Below, piece after piece: positions 27,134 to 40,095 of a stretch of 40,887 nucleotides of DNA. Numbering within the stretch: position 1 is the first letter of the stretch; each line of letters starts with the position of its first letter. Source of the DNA: Polyangiaceae bacterium (lineage in GTDB: Bacteria; Myxococcota_A; Polyangia; Polyangiales; Polyangiaceae); the NCBI GenBank assembly GCA_044222475.1, contig JBGANF010000071.1, forward strand, positions 1 through 40,887, in the 5' to 3' direction. The notes under the pieces were generated by a model. That model searched no databases, had not been told where the DNA came from, and saw only the letters and a list, made by a program, of their open reading frames with translations. A program made the translations under genes and the position numbers.

Positions 27134-28690
27134 TCATGCGAAAGTCACGTCGAGGTCGAAGACGTCCCGGAGCATTCCGGACTTTGCGCGGACGGTCCAC
27201 TCCTCGAGCTCGCGGTCTTCGGCGCCCTCGATGGCGAGTAGCAGACGGCCTTTCCCATCGATGGTCCCGCGGACGGTCTTCACCTTGCCGAGGTGCTCGC
27301 GGTCGAGCGCGTCGGCGACGCGGAGGATCGCGGCGAGCCCGCGCACCTTCCCTTTGGCGTCCTTGTCGAGCTCGCGGAAGTTCGGGTGCGAAGCGTCGGG
27401 CGGAGTCTTGCGGTGATAGCGCGCGATGTTGGCGACGACCTCGCGCTCCTGCGGCGTCAGCCCGATGATGTCGGAGTGAAGGATGAGGTAGTAGCTGTGC
27501 TTGTGATGGCCGTCGTACCGAATGAAGTCGCCGATGTCGTGGAGGAGCGCGGCGGCTCGAAGGAGCAGGCGATCGCGGTCGCTGAAGCCGTGGACCTTGC
27601 GGAGATCGTCGAAGAGCTGCGCCGCGAGGCGTGACACCAGCTGGCCATGGGCTTCGTCGAAGTGGTAGCGCTGCCCGAGGCGCTCGCACGCGGTGATCAC
27701 GGACTGCGCTTCGCGCGACTCGTCCCAGACCTCGAAGAAGCGCTCACTCAGCTCGGTGAGGATTCCTTCCTTCAACCCGACGCCGGGCGCGAGCAAGGCG
27801 CCGGTCTTGAAGTGCTCGCCGAGCCTCAGGAGGATCGCCGCTGCCGGTAGGATGGTGTCCGCGCGGTCGGGCCGAAGGCCGAAGGCGTCCTTGCGCTCGG
27901 CCGGCGAGAGCTTGACGAGCTTGGCGAACAGCGCGCGCGCGGCGCCTACGTCGATCGCGCGGTCGAAGCCGAACGCGCCGTGCTCGAGCGGACACAGGTC
28001 GGCGAGCGTGTCGGCGTTGCCGCCGGTCGCGATGAGCATTTCGATCTTGAACCGGCCCAGCGGCGCGAGCGCTTCGACGAGAGCGCGGTCGATCGTCTCG
28101 CGGAGGATGCGGACCTGAGCGTCCTTCAGCGCGGCGCCACCGGCGAGCACGGTCTCGAGGACGCGCACCGTGCCGAGAGGCAGCGACACCGAAAACGCGT
28201 GTCGGCCGTCGTCCAGTACGGTGAGCTCGGTCGATCCCCCGCCGACGTCGACGAGAAGGGCGACCCGCTTCGAGAGGTCGATCTTGCGCGACACGGCGAG
28301 CTCGATGAGTCGCGCCTCCTCGATGCCCTCGATCACGTCGAGCTCGATGCCCGCCTCGCGCCGCGCGCGCTCGACGAGCGTCGCGCCGTTCTTCGCTTCG
28401 CGCACCGCGCTCGTCGCGGTCGCGCGGTACGCATCGACCTTCTGCTCGTCGAGGATCTCGCGGAAGCCACGCAGCACGCCGGACGCTTGACCGATCGACG
28501 CCGGCGGGAGCCGTCCGGTGAGGTAGACCTCCGTACCGAGGCGCACCGCAGCGCGCTGGTTGACGAGCTCCTTGACGACGAGGCCGCTGCCCGCGCTCGC
28601 CTCCGGGCGCGTCGCCTCGACGACGCGAAGTCGGATGCCGTTCGAGCCGACGTCGATGGCGGCGAAGCGGCCGCGAACCGGGGAGGGCAT
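27134..28690 (-). CDS. ppx: Ppx/GppA exopolyphosphatase with HD domain
   Basis: AAIDVGSN, ATSAVREAKN, GIEEARL, VDVGGGSTE, RADTI, AALLHDIG, HHKHSYYLI; ATG 28690. Confidence 0.93.
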   Translation of the reverse strand: MPSPVRGRFAAIDVGSNGIRLRVVEATRPEASAGSGLVVKELVNQRAAVRLGTEVYLTGRLPPASIGQASGVLRGFREILDEQKVDAYRATATSAVREAKNGATLVERARREAGIELDVIEGIEEARLIELAVSRKIDLSKRVALLVDVGGGSTELTVLDDGRHAFSVSLPLGTVRVLETVLAGGAALKDAQVRILRETIDRALVEALAPLGRFKIEMLIATGGNADTLADLCPLEHGAFGFDRAIDVGAARALFAKLVKLSPAERKDAFGLRPDRADTILPAAAILLRLGEHFKTGALLAPGVGLKEGILTELSERFFEVWDESREAQSVITACERLGQRYHFDEAHGQLVSRLAAQLFDDLRKVHGFSDRDRLLLRAAALLHDIGDFIRYDGHHKHSYYLILHSDIIGLTPQEREVVANIARYHRKTPPDASHPNFRELDKDAKGKVRGLAAILRVADALDREHLGKVKTVRGTIDGKGRLLLAIEGAEDRELEEWTVRAKSGMLRDVFDLDVTFA

Positions 28691-28738
28691 GTTCGGCGAA
28701 CCGTAGCCCCACGCGGCGCCTTCGGCTAGCGTTCGCGT

Positions 28739-28939
28739 GTGGCCAAGGCGAACAGAACGACCCCGGTCGAAGCGACGCTGCGCCGCGCGCTGGTCGCCGC
28801 GGGCGCGCTCTCCGCGATCGGCGCGCTCGTCTCCGGGACGGTGTCGCGCAACGTCGGGGCAGCGCTCTTGGTCGTCGGTTGGGCGGCGTTCGTGTTCGTC
28901 CTGCACCGCTACGGACGGCTCGGCGCCGACGAAGCCTAG
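28739..28939 (+). CDS. Small membrane protein (2 TM)
   Basis: 66 aa, two hydrophobic segments; fills the gap between ppx and the convergent gene. Confidence 0.5.
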   Translation: MAKANRTTPVEATLRRALVAAGALSAIGALVSGTVSRNVGAALLVVGWAAFVFVLHRYGRLGADEA

Positions 28940-29856
28940 AGCTCGCTTCGAAGCACCACGACGCCGGTGTCGGGGCCGAGCTTCGGCGTGCGCTTCGCGG
29001 CCCAGCCGAAGTCTCGCTCGGTGAGGTTCATCGTGCCTTGCGCAGGACCGCTCGCGGTCTTGTCGACGAGGCTGAGCCCGACGAGAGCATCTTCGTTGAC
29101 CTTGGGAGTCGTGCGCTCGGTGTACACACCGCTCTTGTCGAAGACACCGACGTAGAACACCGGCAGCTTGCTCGCATCACCCGCTTTCGTCAGAGCATCT
29201 TGGAGCGTGCGCTTCATGACCTCTTGCAGGTGCATCGCGAAGCGGCGGTAGGACCACCCGGTGACGAAGATCGCCTTCGTCGCACCGTCGTCGCCCTTCA
29301 CGGGGAGAGCCGCGACCCACGTCTTGTCGGGGCCGTTCGTGGCTGCCGCCCCGGGGAAGGTACCGGTGGCCGTGATCATCGTCGTGCTCGCCGGCACCTT
29401 CGCGAGGTCCGGGAACACCGCCATGAGGTCCTGTCCGGCCATCGCATCTTGATCGAGGTTGTTCCGGATGCCGACTCCCTTTTCGTCCGCGAGCGCGAAG
29501 AACGTCGACTTGGCGATCGTCAGGTTCGGCACGTCTCGCACCGTCTTTAGAAGCGCCGTCTTCACGAGCGCCGGGTCCGCCTTGGGATCTGGGGCTCCCT
29601 TCGCGTACAGCGCACCCAGCGCCTTCGCGCCGTCGGGCAGCCCGGCTTCGATCTCGGCCACGTCCTTGTCGACTTGAGTCGCGAGCTGGTCGACGTCGCC
29701 GGCGGCTTTCTTCGCGCTCTCTTTCCCTTGGTCCTTGCAGGCGGGAGCGGCGACGGCGAGCGCGGCGACGGCGATGCAGGCGAGGAGGGAGGGGGAGCGG
29801 GAGGGGGAGGGGGAGAGGGAGTGGGAGCGGGAGCGGGAGCGGGACGCGGCGACCAT
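28936..29856 (-). CDS. Hypothetical lipoprotein (possibly Cache-like periplasmic fold)
   Basis: Signal LLACIAVAALAVAAPAC; FFALADEKGVGI / VGVFDKSG segments; start uncertain. Confidence 0.7.
   Translation of the reverse strand: MVAASRSRSRSHSLSPSPSRSPSLLACIAVAALAVAAPACKDQGKESAKKAAGDVDQLATQVDKDVAEIEAGLPDGAKALGALYAKGAPDPKADPALVKTALLKTVRDVPNLTIAKSTFFALADEKGVGIRNNLDQDAMAGQDLMAVFPDLAKVPASTTMITATGTFPGAAATNGPDKTWVAALPVKGDDGATKAIFVTGWSYRRFAMHLQEVMKRTLQDALTKAGDASKLPVFYVGVFDKSGVYTERTTPKVNEDALVGLSLVDKTASGPAQGTMNLTERDFGWAAKRTPKLGPDTGVVVLRSEL
29786..29844 (+). repeat. Degenerate hexamer repeat (GGGAGC/GGGAGG-type) in the lipoprotein signal region
   Basis: gggagggggagcgggagggggagggggagagggagtgggagcgggagcgggagcggga encodes SRSRSRSHSLSPSPSRSPS on the minus strand. 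Confidence 0.7.
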
Positions 29857-29931
29857 GAAGAGCACGCTACACGAGGTGCGGAATACCGACTGTCTCAATT
29901 TGGGATTCGATGGTAGGTATCCCCTCTTCCG

Positions 29932-30015
29932 GCCGAAGTGGCGGAATCGGCAGACGCAGCGGATTCAAAATCCGCCGACCTCCGGGTCGTGAGGGTTCAA
30001 CCCCCTCCTTCGGCA
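29932..30015 (+). tRNA. tRNA-Leu(CAA), CCA not encoded
   Basis: Acceptor GCCGAAG/CTTCGGC; anticodon arm GCGGA-TTCAAAA-TCCGC; long variable arm GACC-TCCG-GGTC; T arm GAGGG-TTCAACC-CCCTC. Confidence 0.95.
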
Positions 30016-30050
30016 CATCACGAATCACCCACCCAAGGACCATCGAATCC

Positions 30051-30539
30051 ATGAGCACTCTTCGCGCGCAGATCGAGCACCTCGCTTCCCAGTTCGTCAC
30101 CGGCGTCCTCGCCGCGATGAGGAAGGCCCCCCTCGAGGAGATCCTCGATCAGAGCGGCGCTCGGCGGAGCCCGGTTCGCGCGTCGACCGCTTCGGCCTCC
30201 GAAGCGCCGGCGAAGGCGCCCCGCGGTCGCGGCAAGCGTGGCAAGGGTGGCCGCCTCGCGCGCCGTTCGCCGGATCAGCTCGGCAAGGTGCTCGACCAGA
30301 TCGTGGGCCTTCTCCAGAAGAGCCCCGCGGGCTTGCGAGCCGAGCAAATCCGCGATCAGCTTGGCCTTTTGTCGAAGGAGCTCCCGCGGCCGCTCGCCGA
30401 CGGGCTCTCGAGCGGCCGTCTCAAGAAGAAGGGCGAGAAGCGCGCGACCACGTACTTCGCCGGCGCCGGCAAGGGTGGGGGCGGGGGCAGGGGCGGCGGC
30501 AAGCGTGGCGGCCGCAAGGCCAAGGCCAAGGCCAAGTAG
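30051..30539 (+). CDS. Basic putative DNA-binding protein (N-terminal helix, K/R/G linker, winged-helix-like C-domain)
   Basis: IVGLLQKSPAGLRAEQIRDQLG...LKKKGEKRATTYF; K/R/G-rich tails. Confidence 0.7.
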   Translation: MSTLRAQIEHLASQFVTGVLAAMRKAPLEEILDQSGARRSPVRASTASASEAPAKAPRGRGKRGKGGRLARRSPDQLGKVLDQIVGLLQKSPAGLRAEQIRDQLGLLSKELPRPLADGLSSGRLKKKGEKRATTYFAGAGKGGGGGRGGGKRGGRKAKAKAK

Positions 30540-30620
30540 ATACGAAAACCGCGCTTGGCGGGCCGCTCGACGGCGTGCTAAGTACGGCGCCCCCCAGTCG
30601 AACGGGGATTGGAGACCGAA

Positions 30621-30902
30621 ATGCCGAGTGATGCGATTCAGTGCAAGCCGTTGGAAGTCATCGTCAGCGACCGGGGCATCGAGCGCGCGATCAAGATGCT
30701 CAAGAGGAAGCTGGCTTCCGAGGGCGTGCTTCGCGAGCTGAAGATGCGTCGCCACTACATGAAGCCGAGCGTCAAGCGCCGGAAGAAGCAGGCCGAGGCC
30801 GCTCGTCGTCGTCGCAAGCGCGCGAAGATGGATGCAGCACCGCCGAGCCCGCGTGGCGGTGGTGGTGGTGGTGGCGGCGGCGGTGAGCGCGGCGCTCCCT
30901 GA
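30621..30902 (+). CDS. rpsU: 30S ribosomal protein S21 with Gly-rich tail
   Basis: IERAIKMLKRKL..EGVLRELKMRRHYMKPSVKRRKKQAEAARRRRK; RBS GGAG. Confidence 0.92.
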   Translation: MPSDAIQCKPLEVIVSDRGIERAIKMLKRKLASEGVLRELKMRRHYMKPSVKRRKKQAEAARRRRKRAKMDAAPPSPRGGGGGGGGGGERGAP

Positions 30903-30929
30903 GCACCCAGCGCTGAGCCAAACGGTCGA

Positions 30930-30957
30930 GGGCGCCCCGCGAGAGCGGCGGCGCCCT
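30930..30957 (+). terminator. GC-rich hairpin after rpsU (possible terminator/stabiliser)
   Basis: GGGCGCC-CCGC-GAGA-GCGG-C-GGCGCCC; no immediate U-tract. Confidence 0.35.
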
Positions 30958-30976
30958 TCGCCATTTTGGTGGTAAC

Positions 30977-31942
30977 GTGCGGCGCGTGAGCCTGACGATC
31001 GAACGCAAGAGCCCGACGCAGCGCGCCCGCGCGCATGCGCTCCCACCACCGTACTTCAACCCGAGCTCGCCGCCGGTCGACAAGGTCGCCGTCGACGAGC
31101 GAGTCGCCGCGCTCGCCAAGCGGTCGATCAAGAAGTCCGCCAAGGTGTACGGCCTGCGACTCGCGGTCCAGATGATGGACCTGACGACGCTCGAAGGAAA
31201 GGACACGCCGGGCAAGGTCCGCGCGATGTGCGCGAAGGCGCTCCTCCCGCTCGAGACGGATCCGACGATCGGCCCGACGGCAGCGGTGTGCGTGTATCCC
31301 AACTTGGTACCCGTGGCGAAAAAGGCACTCGAGGGCTCCAAGGTCCAAGTGGCGAGCGTCGCGACGGCGTTCCCCAGCGGCCAATCGCCGCTCGAGATCA
31401 AGCTCGACGACGTGCGGCGCGCGGTCGAGATGGGGGCCGACGAGATCGACATGGTCATCGATCGCGGGGCGCTCCTCGCCGGCGACTACCGCAAGGTCTT
31501 CGACGAGATCGCGGCGACCAAGGAAGCCTGCGGTCGCGCGCACCTGAAGGTCATCCTCGAGACCGGCGAGCTCGGAACGTACGATCTCGTTCGCAAGGCG
31601 AGCGAGATCGGGATCGCGGCCGGCGGCGACTTCATCAAGACGTCCACCGGCAAGGTCACCCCGGCGGCGACGCCCGCGGTCACGCTCGTGATGCTCGAAG
31701 CCATTCGGGAGCACTACCAGGCGACCGGCCGGAAGATCGGGATGAAGCCGGCCGGCGGCATCCGGACTGCCAAGCAGGCGCTCCACTACCTCGTGATCGT
31801 CAAGGAGACGCTCGGTGATGCGTGGCTCACGCCGGATCTCTTCCGCTTCGGCGCGAGCGTGCTCCTCAACGACGTCTTGATGCAGCTCGAGAAGGAGCGC
31901 ACCGGCGTCTACCAAGCCTCCGAAGACTTCTCCAAGGATTGA
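30977..31942 (+). CDS. deoC: Deoxyribose-phosphate aldolase
   Basis: MDLTTLEG, AAVCVYP, GADEIDMVI, LKVILETGEL, FIKTSTGK, MKPAGGIR, RFGAS; start uncertain. Confidence 0.93.
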   Translation: MRRVSLTIERKSPTQRARAHALPPPYFNPSSPPVDKVAVDERVAALAKRSIKKSAKVYGLRLAVQMMDLTTLEGKDTPGKVRAMCAKALLPLETDPTIGPTAAVCVYPNLVPVAKKALEGSKVQVASVATAFPSGQSPLEIKLDDVRRAVEMGADEIDMVIDRGALLAGDYRKVFDEIAATKEACGRAHLKVILETGELGTYDLVRKASEIGIAAGGDFIKTSTGKVTPAATPAVTLVMLEAIREHYQATGRKIGMKPAGGIRTAKQALHYLVIVKETLGDAWLTPDLFRFGASVLLNDVLMQLEKERTGVYQASEDFSKD

Positions 31943-31944
31943 TC

Positions 31945-33456
<1,512 letters not shown>

Positions 33457-33459
33457 GCC

Positions 33460-34434
33460 ATGGCGCGCGCGAAGACGAAGACGAAGAACGGTGTTGCACC
33501 GGTGAAGACCACGTCCACGGCGATGGTCGTCGCGATGAGCGGCGGCAAGTTCAAGGCGCCGGTCCGGGTGTCGGTCAACAAGGCCTACAAGATGTACGTC
33601 GGCGGCGCGTTCGTGCGCTCCGAGTCCGGGAGGTATTTCCAAGTGAAGCGCGCAGCGCTGGTGAAGAACGCCGATCCCGAAGTCGTCAACGTGCCGCGCG
33701 GCTCTCGAAAGGACGTGCGTGACGCAGTCCTCGCGGCGAAGAACGCGCACGAGGGTTGGTCGGCGCGCACGCCGTTCAACCGCGGGCAGATTCTGTACCG
33801 CCTCGCCGAGATGATGGAGTCTCGGCGCGACGAGCTGACGACCGCGCTGGTGCGCGGCGGTCTCGACGCGAAGTCGGCCGCGGCCGAGGTCGAGGACAGC
33901 ATCGACCGCGCCGTGTTCTACGCCGGCTTCGCCGACAAGTTCCACGCGCTGGTCGCGTCGTCGAACCCGGTGGGCGGTCCGCACTTCAACTTCAGCGTGC
34001 CGGAGTCGATGGGCGTGATCGGCGTCGTGGCGCCGCCGTCGCCGTCGCTCCTCGGGCTCGTGTCGGTGGTCCTGCCGGTGATTTGCGGGGGCAACACCGT
34101 GGTCGCGCTCGCCAGCGAGACCGACCCGCGGACCGCGCTCGTCTTCGCCGAGGCGCTCGCGACGAGCGACCTCCCCGGCGGCGTCATCAACATCCTGACC
34201 GGACAAGCCAAGGAGATGGCGCCTCACCTGGCGAAGCACCGCGAGGTCATCGGCGTCGACGCCTGGGTGGCCGACGAATCGCTGCGAAAGTCGCTCGAAT
34301 CGGACGGCGCCGACAACGTGAAGCGCACGAAGACGCACGACCCGTCCGGCGTCGACTGGAGCGGCGCGGCAGGTCTTTCGATGATCGAGCGTTTCCTCGA
34401 GACGAAGACCGTCTGGCACCCCGTCGGGCTCTAG
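33460..34434 (+). CDS. Truncated ALDH-like protein (NAD-binding half only)
   Basis: KMYVGGAFVRSESGR, RGQILYRLAEMME, GGNTVV, LPGGVINILTG, ETKTVWHP; no ELGGK or catalytic Cys domain. Confidence 0.88.
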   Translation: MARAKTKTKNGVAPVKTTSTAMVVAMSGGKFKAPVRVSVNKAYKMYVGGAFVRSESGRYFQVKRAALVKNADPEVVNVPRGSRKDVRDAVLAAKNAHEGWSARTPFNRGQILYRLAEMMESRRDELTTALVRGGLDAKSAAAEVEDSIDRAVFYAGFADKFHALVASSNPVGGPHFNFSVPESMGVIGVVAPPSPSLLGLVSVVLPVICGGNTVVALASETDPRTALVFAEALATSDLPGGVINILTGQAKEMAPHLAKHREVIGVDAWVADESLRKSLESDGADNVKRTKTHDPSGVDWSGAAGLSMIERFLETKTVWHPVGL

Positions 34435-34487
34435 CTATCTTTCTTGAGCCGATCGGGACCCGCCGGGGTCTCTAGTGATCGAACCCC

Positions 34488-35045
34488 TTGGCAACCGTGG
34501 CTTCCCCCCTCGTTTCCGTCCGCGGCGCGACCGACGTCGAGCTCGTGGAGCGCGCCGTCGCGACCCCGACCGACGACGAGGCGTTCACCGTCCTCTACCA
34601 GCGCCACGCGCGCTACGTCGCCGGTGTCGTCTATCGCATCCTCGGCAGCGACGCCGACGTCGACGACGTCGTCCAGGAGACGTTCCTCGACGCGCGGGCC
34701 GGGCTCGCCTCGCTCAGCGACGCGAGGGCGCTCCGTGGCTGGCTCGTGACCATCGCGGTCCGGCGCGTGCACCGCCTCCTGCGGCGGCGCCGCCGCCGAG
34801 CCCTCCTCTTCTTCGGCCTGGTGGAGACGTCCCCGCGGTCTTCCGACCCGCGCGATCGTCAGCCGGCCGACGATCTCTACGACGCGCTCGAGCGTTTGCC
34901 TCCCGATCTGCGCCTCCCGTGGACGCTCGCGCGCGTCGAAGAGCTCACCCTGCCCGAGGTCGCCGAGGCGTGCGAGGTCTCGCTCGCGACCGTCAAGCGG
35001 CGCATCGCCGAAGCCGAAGAGCGCATCGCGCGGAGGCTCGAGTGA
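34488..35045 (+). CDS. ECF sigma-70 factor
   Basis: AFTVLYQRHA, DVDDVVQETFL, LRGWLVTIAVR, ALERLP, EVAE..EVSLATVKRRI; TTG start uncertain. Confidence 0.88.
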   Translation: MATVASPLVSVRGATDVELVERAVATPTDDEAFTVLYQRHARYVAGVVYRILGSDADVDDVVQETFLDARAGLASLSDARALRGWLVTIAVRRVHRLLRRRRRRALLFFGLVETSPRSSDPRDRQPADDLYDALERLPPDLRLPWTLARVEELTLPEVAEACEVSLATVKRRIAEAEERIARRLE

Positions 35046-35344
35046 GCCTGCACGATCAGCTCGCCGCAGCGCGCTCGCGCGACGTCTCATGGGACGACGA
35101 TCGAGCGGCCCGCGTTCGCGGCAGCGTCGAACGTGTGTATGTTGCACGTAAACGGCGTGCCCGCGCGGTGTCGGTCGTCCTCTCGTCGCTCGCAGGCGTC
35201 GCGCTGTTCGCGCTCGCGGTGCGCGCGTTCGGCTCGTCGGACACCGGCGCGTCGACGAGCGAAGCGCAGCTCCCGCCTCGCTCGGTGTCCGTGGGCGCGT
35301 ACGCCGACGCGGGCTTCCGCAGCGACGCGCCCGTTCGCGACTGA
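35042..35344 (+). CDS. Putative single-TM anti-sigma factor
   Basis: GTGA overlap with the sigma stop; RKRRAR followed by TM VSVVLSSLAGVALFALAV. Confidence 0.6.
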   Translation: MSLHDQLAAARSRDVSWDDDRAARVRGSVERVYVARKRRARAVSVVLSSLAGVALFALAVRAFGSSDTGASTSEAQLPPRSVSVGAYADAGFRSDAPVRD

Positions 35345-35365
35345 GAAGAGGAACCGCCAGGGTCG

Positions 35366-35387
35366 ATACTGAACCGATGACCAGTAT
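35366..35387. promoter_or_regulatory. Candidate LexA (SOS) box upstream of gpx-uvrA
   Basis: ATACTG-AACCGATGAC-CAGTAT: CTG-N10-CAG palindrome containing the CTGAAC half-site also seen at recN. Confidence 0.6.
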
Positions 35388-35429
35388 TTGCTTTCCCTTC
35401 CGCCGGACGCGTGCTTCACTCCGCGTCCC

Positions 35430-35909
35430 ATGACGAACGCCCACAGCTTCTCCGTCAAGACGATCACCGGTCAGGACAAATCCCTCGAGAGCTACCACGG
35501 CAAGGTGCTGCTCATCGTGAACGTGGCGTCGCAGTGCGGTCTCACGCCGCAGTACGCCGGCCTCGAGAAGCTCCACGAGGAGCTCGCGAGCAAGGGCCTC
35601 GCGATCCTCGGCTTCCCGGCGAACGAGTTCGGCGCCCAAGAGCCCGGCACCAACGACGAGATCAAGACCTTCTGCGAGACGAAGTTCGGCGTGAAGTTCG
35701 ACATGTTCGAGAAGGTCAAAGTGAAGGGCGACGGCCTCCACCCGCTCTTCGCGTACCTCACCAAGGAGTCGCCGTTTCCGGGTGACATCAAGTGGAACTT
35801 CGCCAAGTTCCTCGTCGGCAAAGACGGCACCGTGATCGGCCGATTCGAGCCGACCGTCGCGCCCGATGCGCCGGAGCTTCGCGCCGCGATCGACAAGGCG
35901 CTCGGCTGA
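35430..35909 (+). CDS. gpx: Glutathione peroxidase family (Cys-type)
   Basis: GKVLLIVNVASQCG, LGFPANEFGAQEPG, KWNFAKFLV. Confidence 0.94.
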   Translation: MTNAHSFSVKTITGQDKSLESYHGKVLLIVNVASQCGLTPQYAGLEKLHEELASKGLAILGFPANEFGAQEPGTNDEIKTFCETKFGVKFDMFEKVKVKGDGLHPLFAYLTKESPFPGDIKWNFAKFLVGKDGTVIGRFEPTVAPDAPELRAAIDKALG

Positions 35910-35915
35910 GCGACG

Positions 35916-38734
<2,819 letters not shown>

Positions 38735-38738
<4 letters not shown>

Positions 38739-39469
38739 ATGGCGGTCTCTCTTCCGCCGAGCGCCCGGATCGCATCCTCGACGGTGAACGAGCCCTCGTA
38801 GATCGCGCGGCCGACCACCGCGCCGGCGATCTCCGGGTGGCGCGCCAGCTCGCGCAGGTGATCGAGAGTCCCGACGCCACCCGAGGCGAGCACGCTGAGC
38901 CCGGTCTCCTTCGCGAGCTTCGCGGTCGCCGCGACGTTCGGCCCGATCTGCGTGCCGTCGCGGGCGACGTCGGTGTAGAGCACCGCGCCGAGCGACAGGT
39001 CGGCGAAACGCTTCGCGAGATCGACCGCGGTGATGCCCTCGGTCGTCTCCCACCCGTCGGTCGCGACCATGCCGTCCTTCGCGTCGACGGCGAGCACGAC
39101 TCGACCCGGATACGCGATGCACAGCGCGCGCACCAAGTCGGGCTCACGGACGGCGGCCGTCCCGAGGATGACGCGCGACGCGCCGGCGTCGAGGTAGCTC
39201 TCGAACGCGGCGCGCGTGCGCACGCCGCCGCCGACCTCGACCTGGCCACCGAACTCGCGGACGAGGGTGCGGACCACGTCGGCCTGTACGCATCGACCGA
39301 CCTTCGCGCCTTCGAGATCGACGACGTGCAGCCACTTCGCGCCCGCGTCGCGGAAGCGGCGCGCGCGGGTCGACGGATCGGCGTCGTACACGGTGACCGC
39401 GTCGTAGCGACCCTGGTGCAGCCGGACGGCCTTCCCTTCGAGCAGATCGATCGCGGGGAACAGATCCAT
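38735..39469 (-). CDS. hisA: ProFAR isomerase
   Basis: FPAIDLLEGKAVRLHQG, LHVVDLEGA, VGGGVRT, YTDVARDG, ASGGVG, VGRAIY; ATG 39469. Confidence 0.95.
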
Positions 39470-40095
39470 CACGTGACCCATCGCCGCAGCAGGTCGAGCC
39501 CTGCCTGCTGGCTCTTCTCGGGGTGGAACTGCACCGCGAAGACGTTGTCCTTCGCGACCGCGCTCACGAAGCGCTCGCCATAGTCCGTCGTCGCGGCGAC
39601 GATCGAGGGATCCTCCGGCGCCACGGCGAACGAGTGGACGAAGTAGAAGTGCGTCGGGTCGGCCGGGAGCGCCGAGGCCGCGGGGCCTCGCTCGACGAGG
39701 TTCCACCCGGTGTGCGGGATCGGCAGCGGCGCACCGGTCAGCGTGTCGGTGCCGCCGCGAATTCGGACGACCTGCCCGGCGAAGACGCCGAGGCCGCGAC
39801 ACGACGCATCGGCCTCTTCGCTGGCGCCGAAGAGGATCTGGAGACCGAGGCAGATCCCGAGGTACGGAGTACCGCGGCCGATGCTCTCGAGGAGCGCCTC
39901 GCGGAGGCCGCTCTCGCCGTCGAGCGCGCGGGTGCAGTCGCGAAAGGCGCCCTGACCCGGCATGACGACCTTCGACCCTCGTCGTACCACATTGGGATCG
40001 TGGCTCACGACCACGTCGGTCGCTCCGGCGTGCCGGAGCGCACGCGCGACGCTCGCGAGGTTGCCGAGCCCGGTGTCGACCACGACGATCGTCAC
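39469..40095 (-). CDS. hisH: Imidazole glycerol phosphate synthase glutaminase subunit
   Basis: DTGLGNLASV, MPGQGAF, LGICLGLQ, PHTGWN, YFVHSF, QFHPEKS; GTG 40095. Confidence 0.95.
   Translation of the reverse strand: MTIVVVDTGLGNLASVARALRHAGATDVVVSHDPNVVRRGSKVVMPGQGAFRDCTRALDGESGLREALLESIGRGTPYLGICLGLQILFGASEEADASCRGLGVFAGQVVRIRGGTDTLTGAPLPIPHTGWNLVERGPAASALPADPTHFYFVHSFAVAPEDPSIVAATTDYGERFVSAVAKDNVFAVQFHPEKSQQAGLDLLRRWVT

Noticed and set aside
29932..30600. Integrative element at tRNA-Leu
   Set aside because: No integrase, no duplicated tRNA 3' end seen in the window, and no evident compositional shift.
33460..34434. ALDH pseudogene fragment
   Set aside because: The ORF is intact with its own start and a conserved-looking C-terminus; it fits a non-catalytic partner subunit.
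35430..35909. Selenocysteine glutathione peroxidase
   Set aside because: The active-site codon is TGC (Cys) and there is no in-frame TGA.
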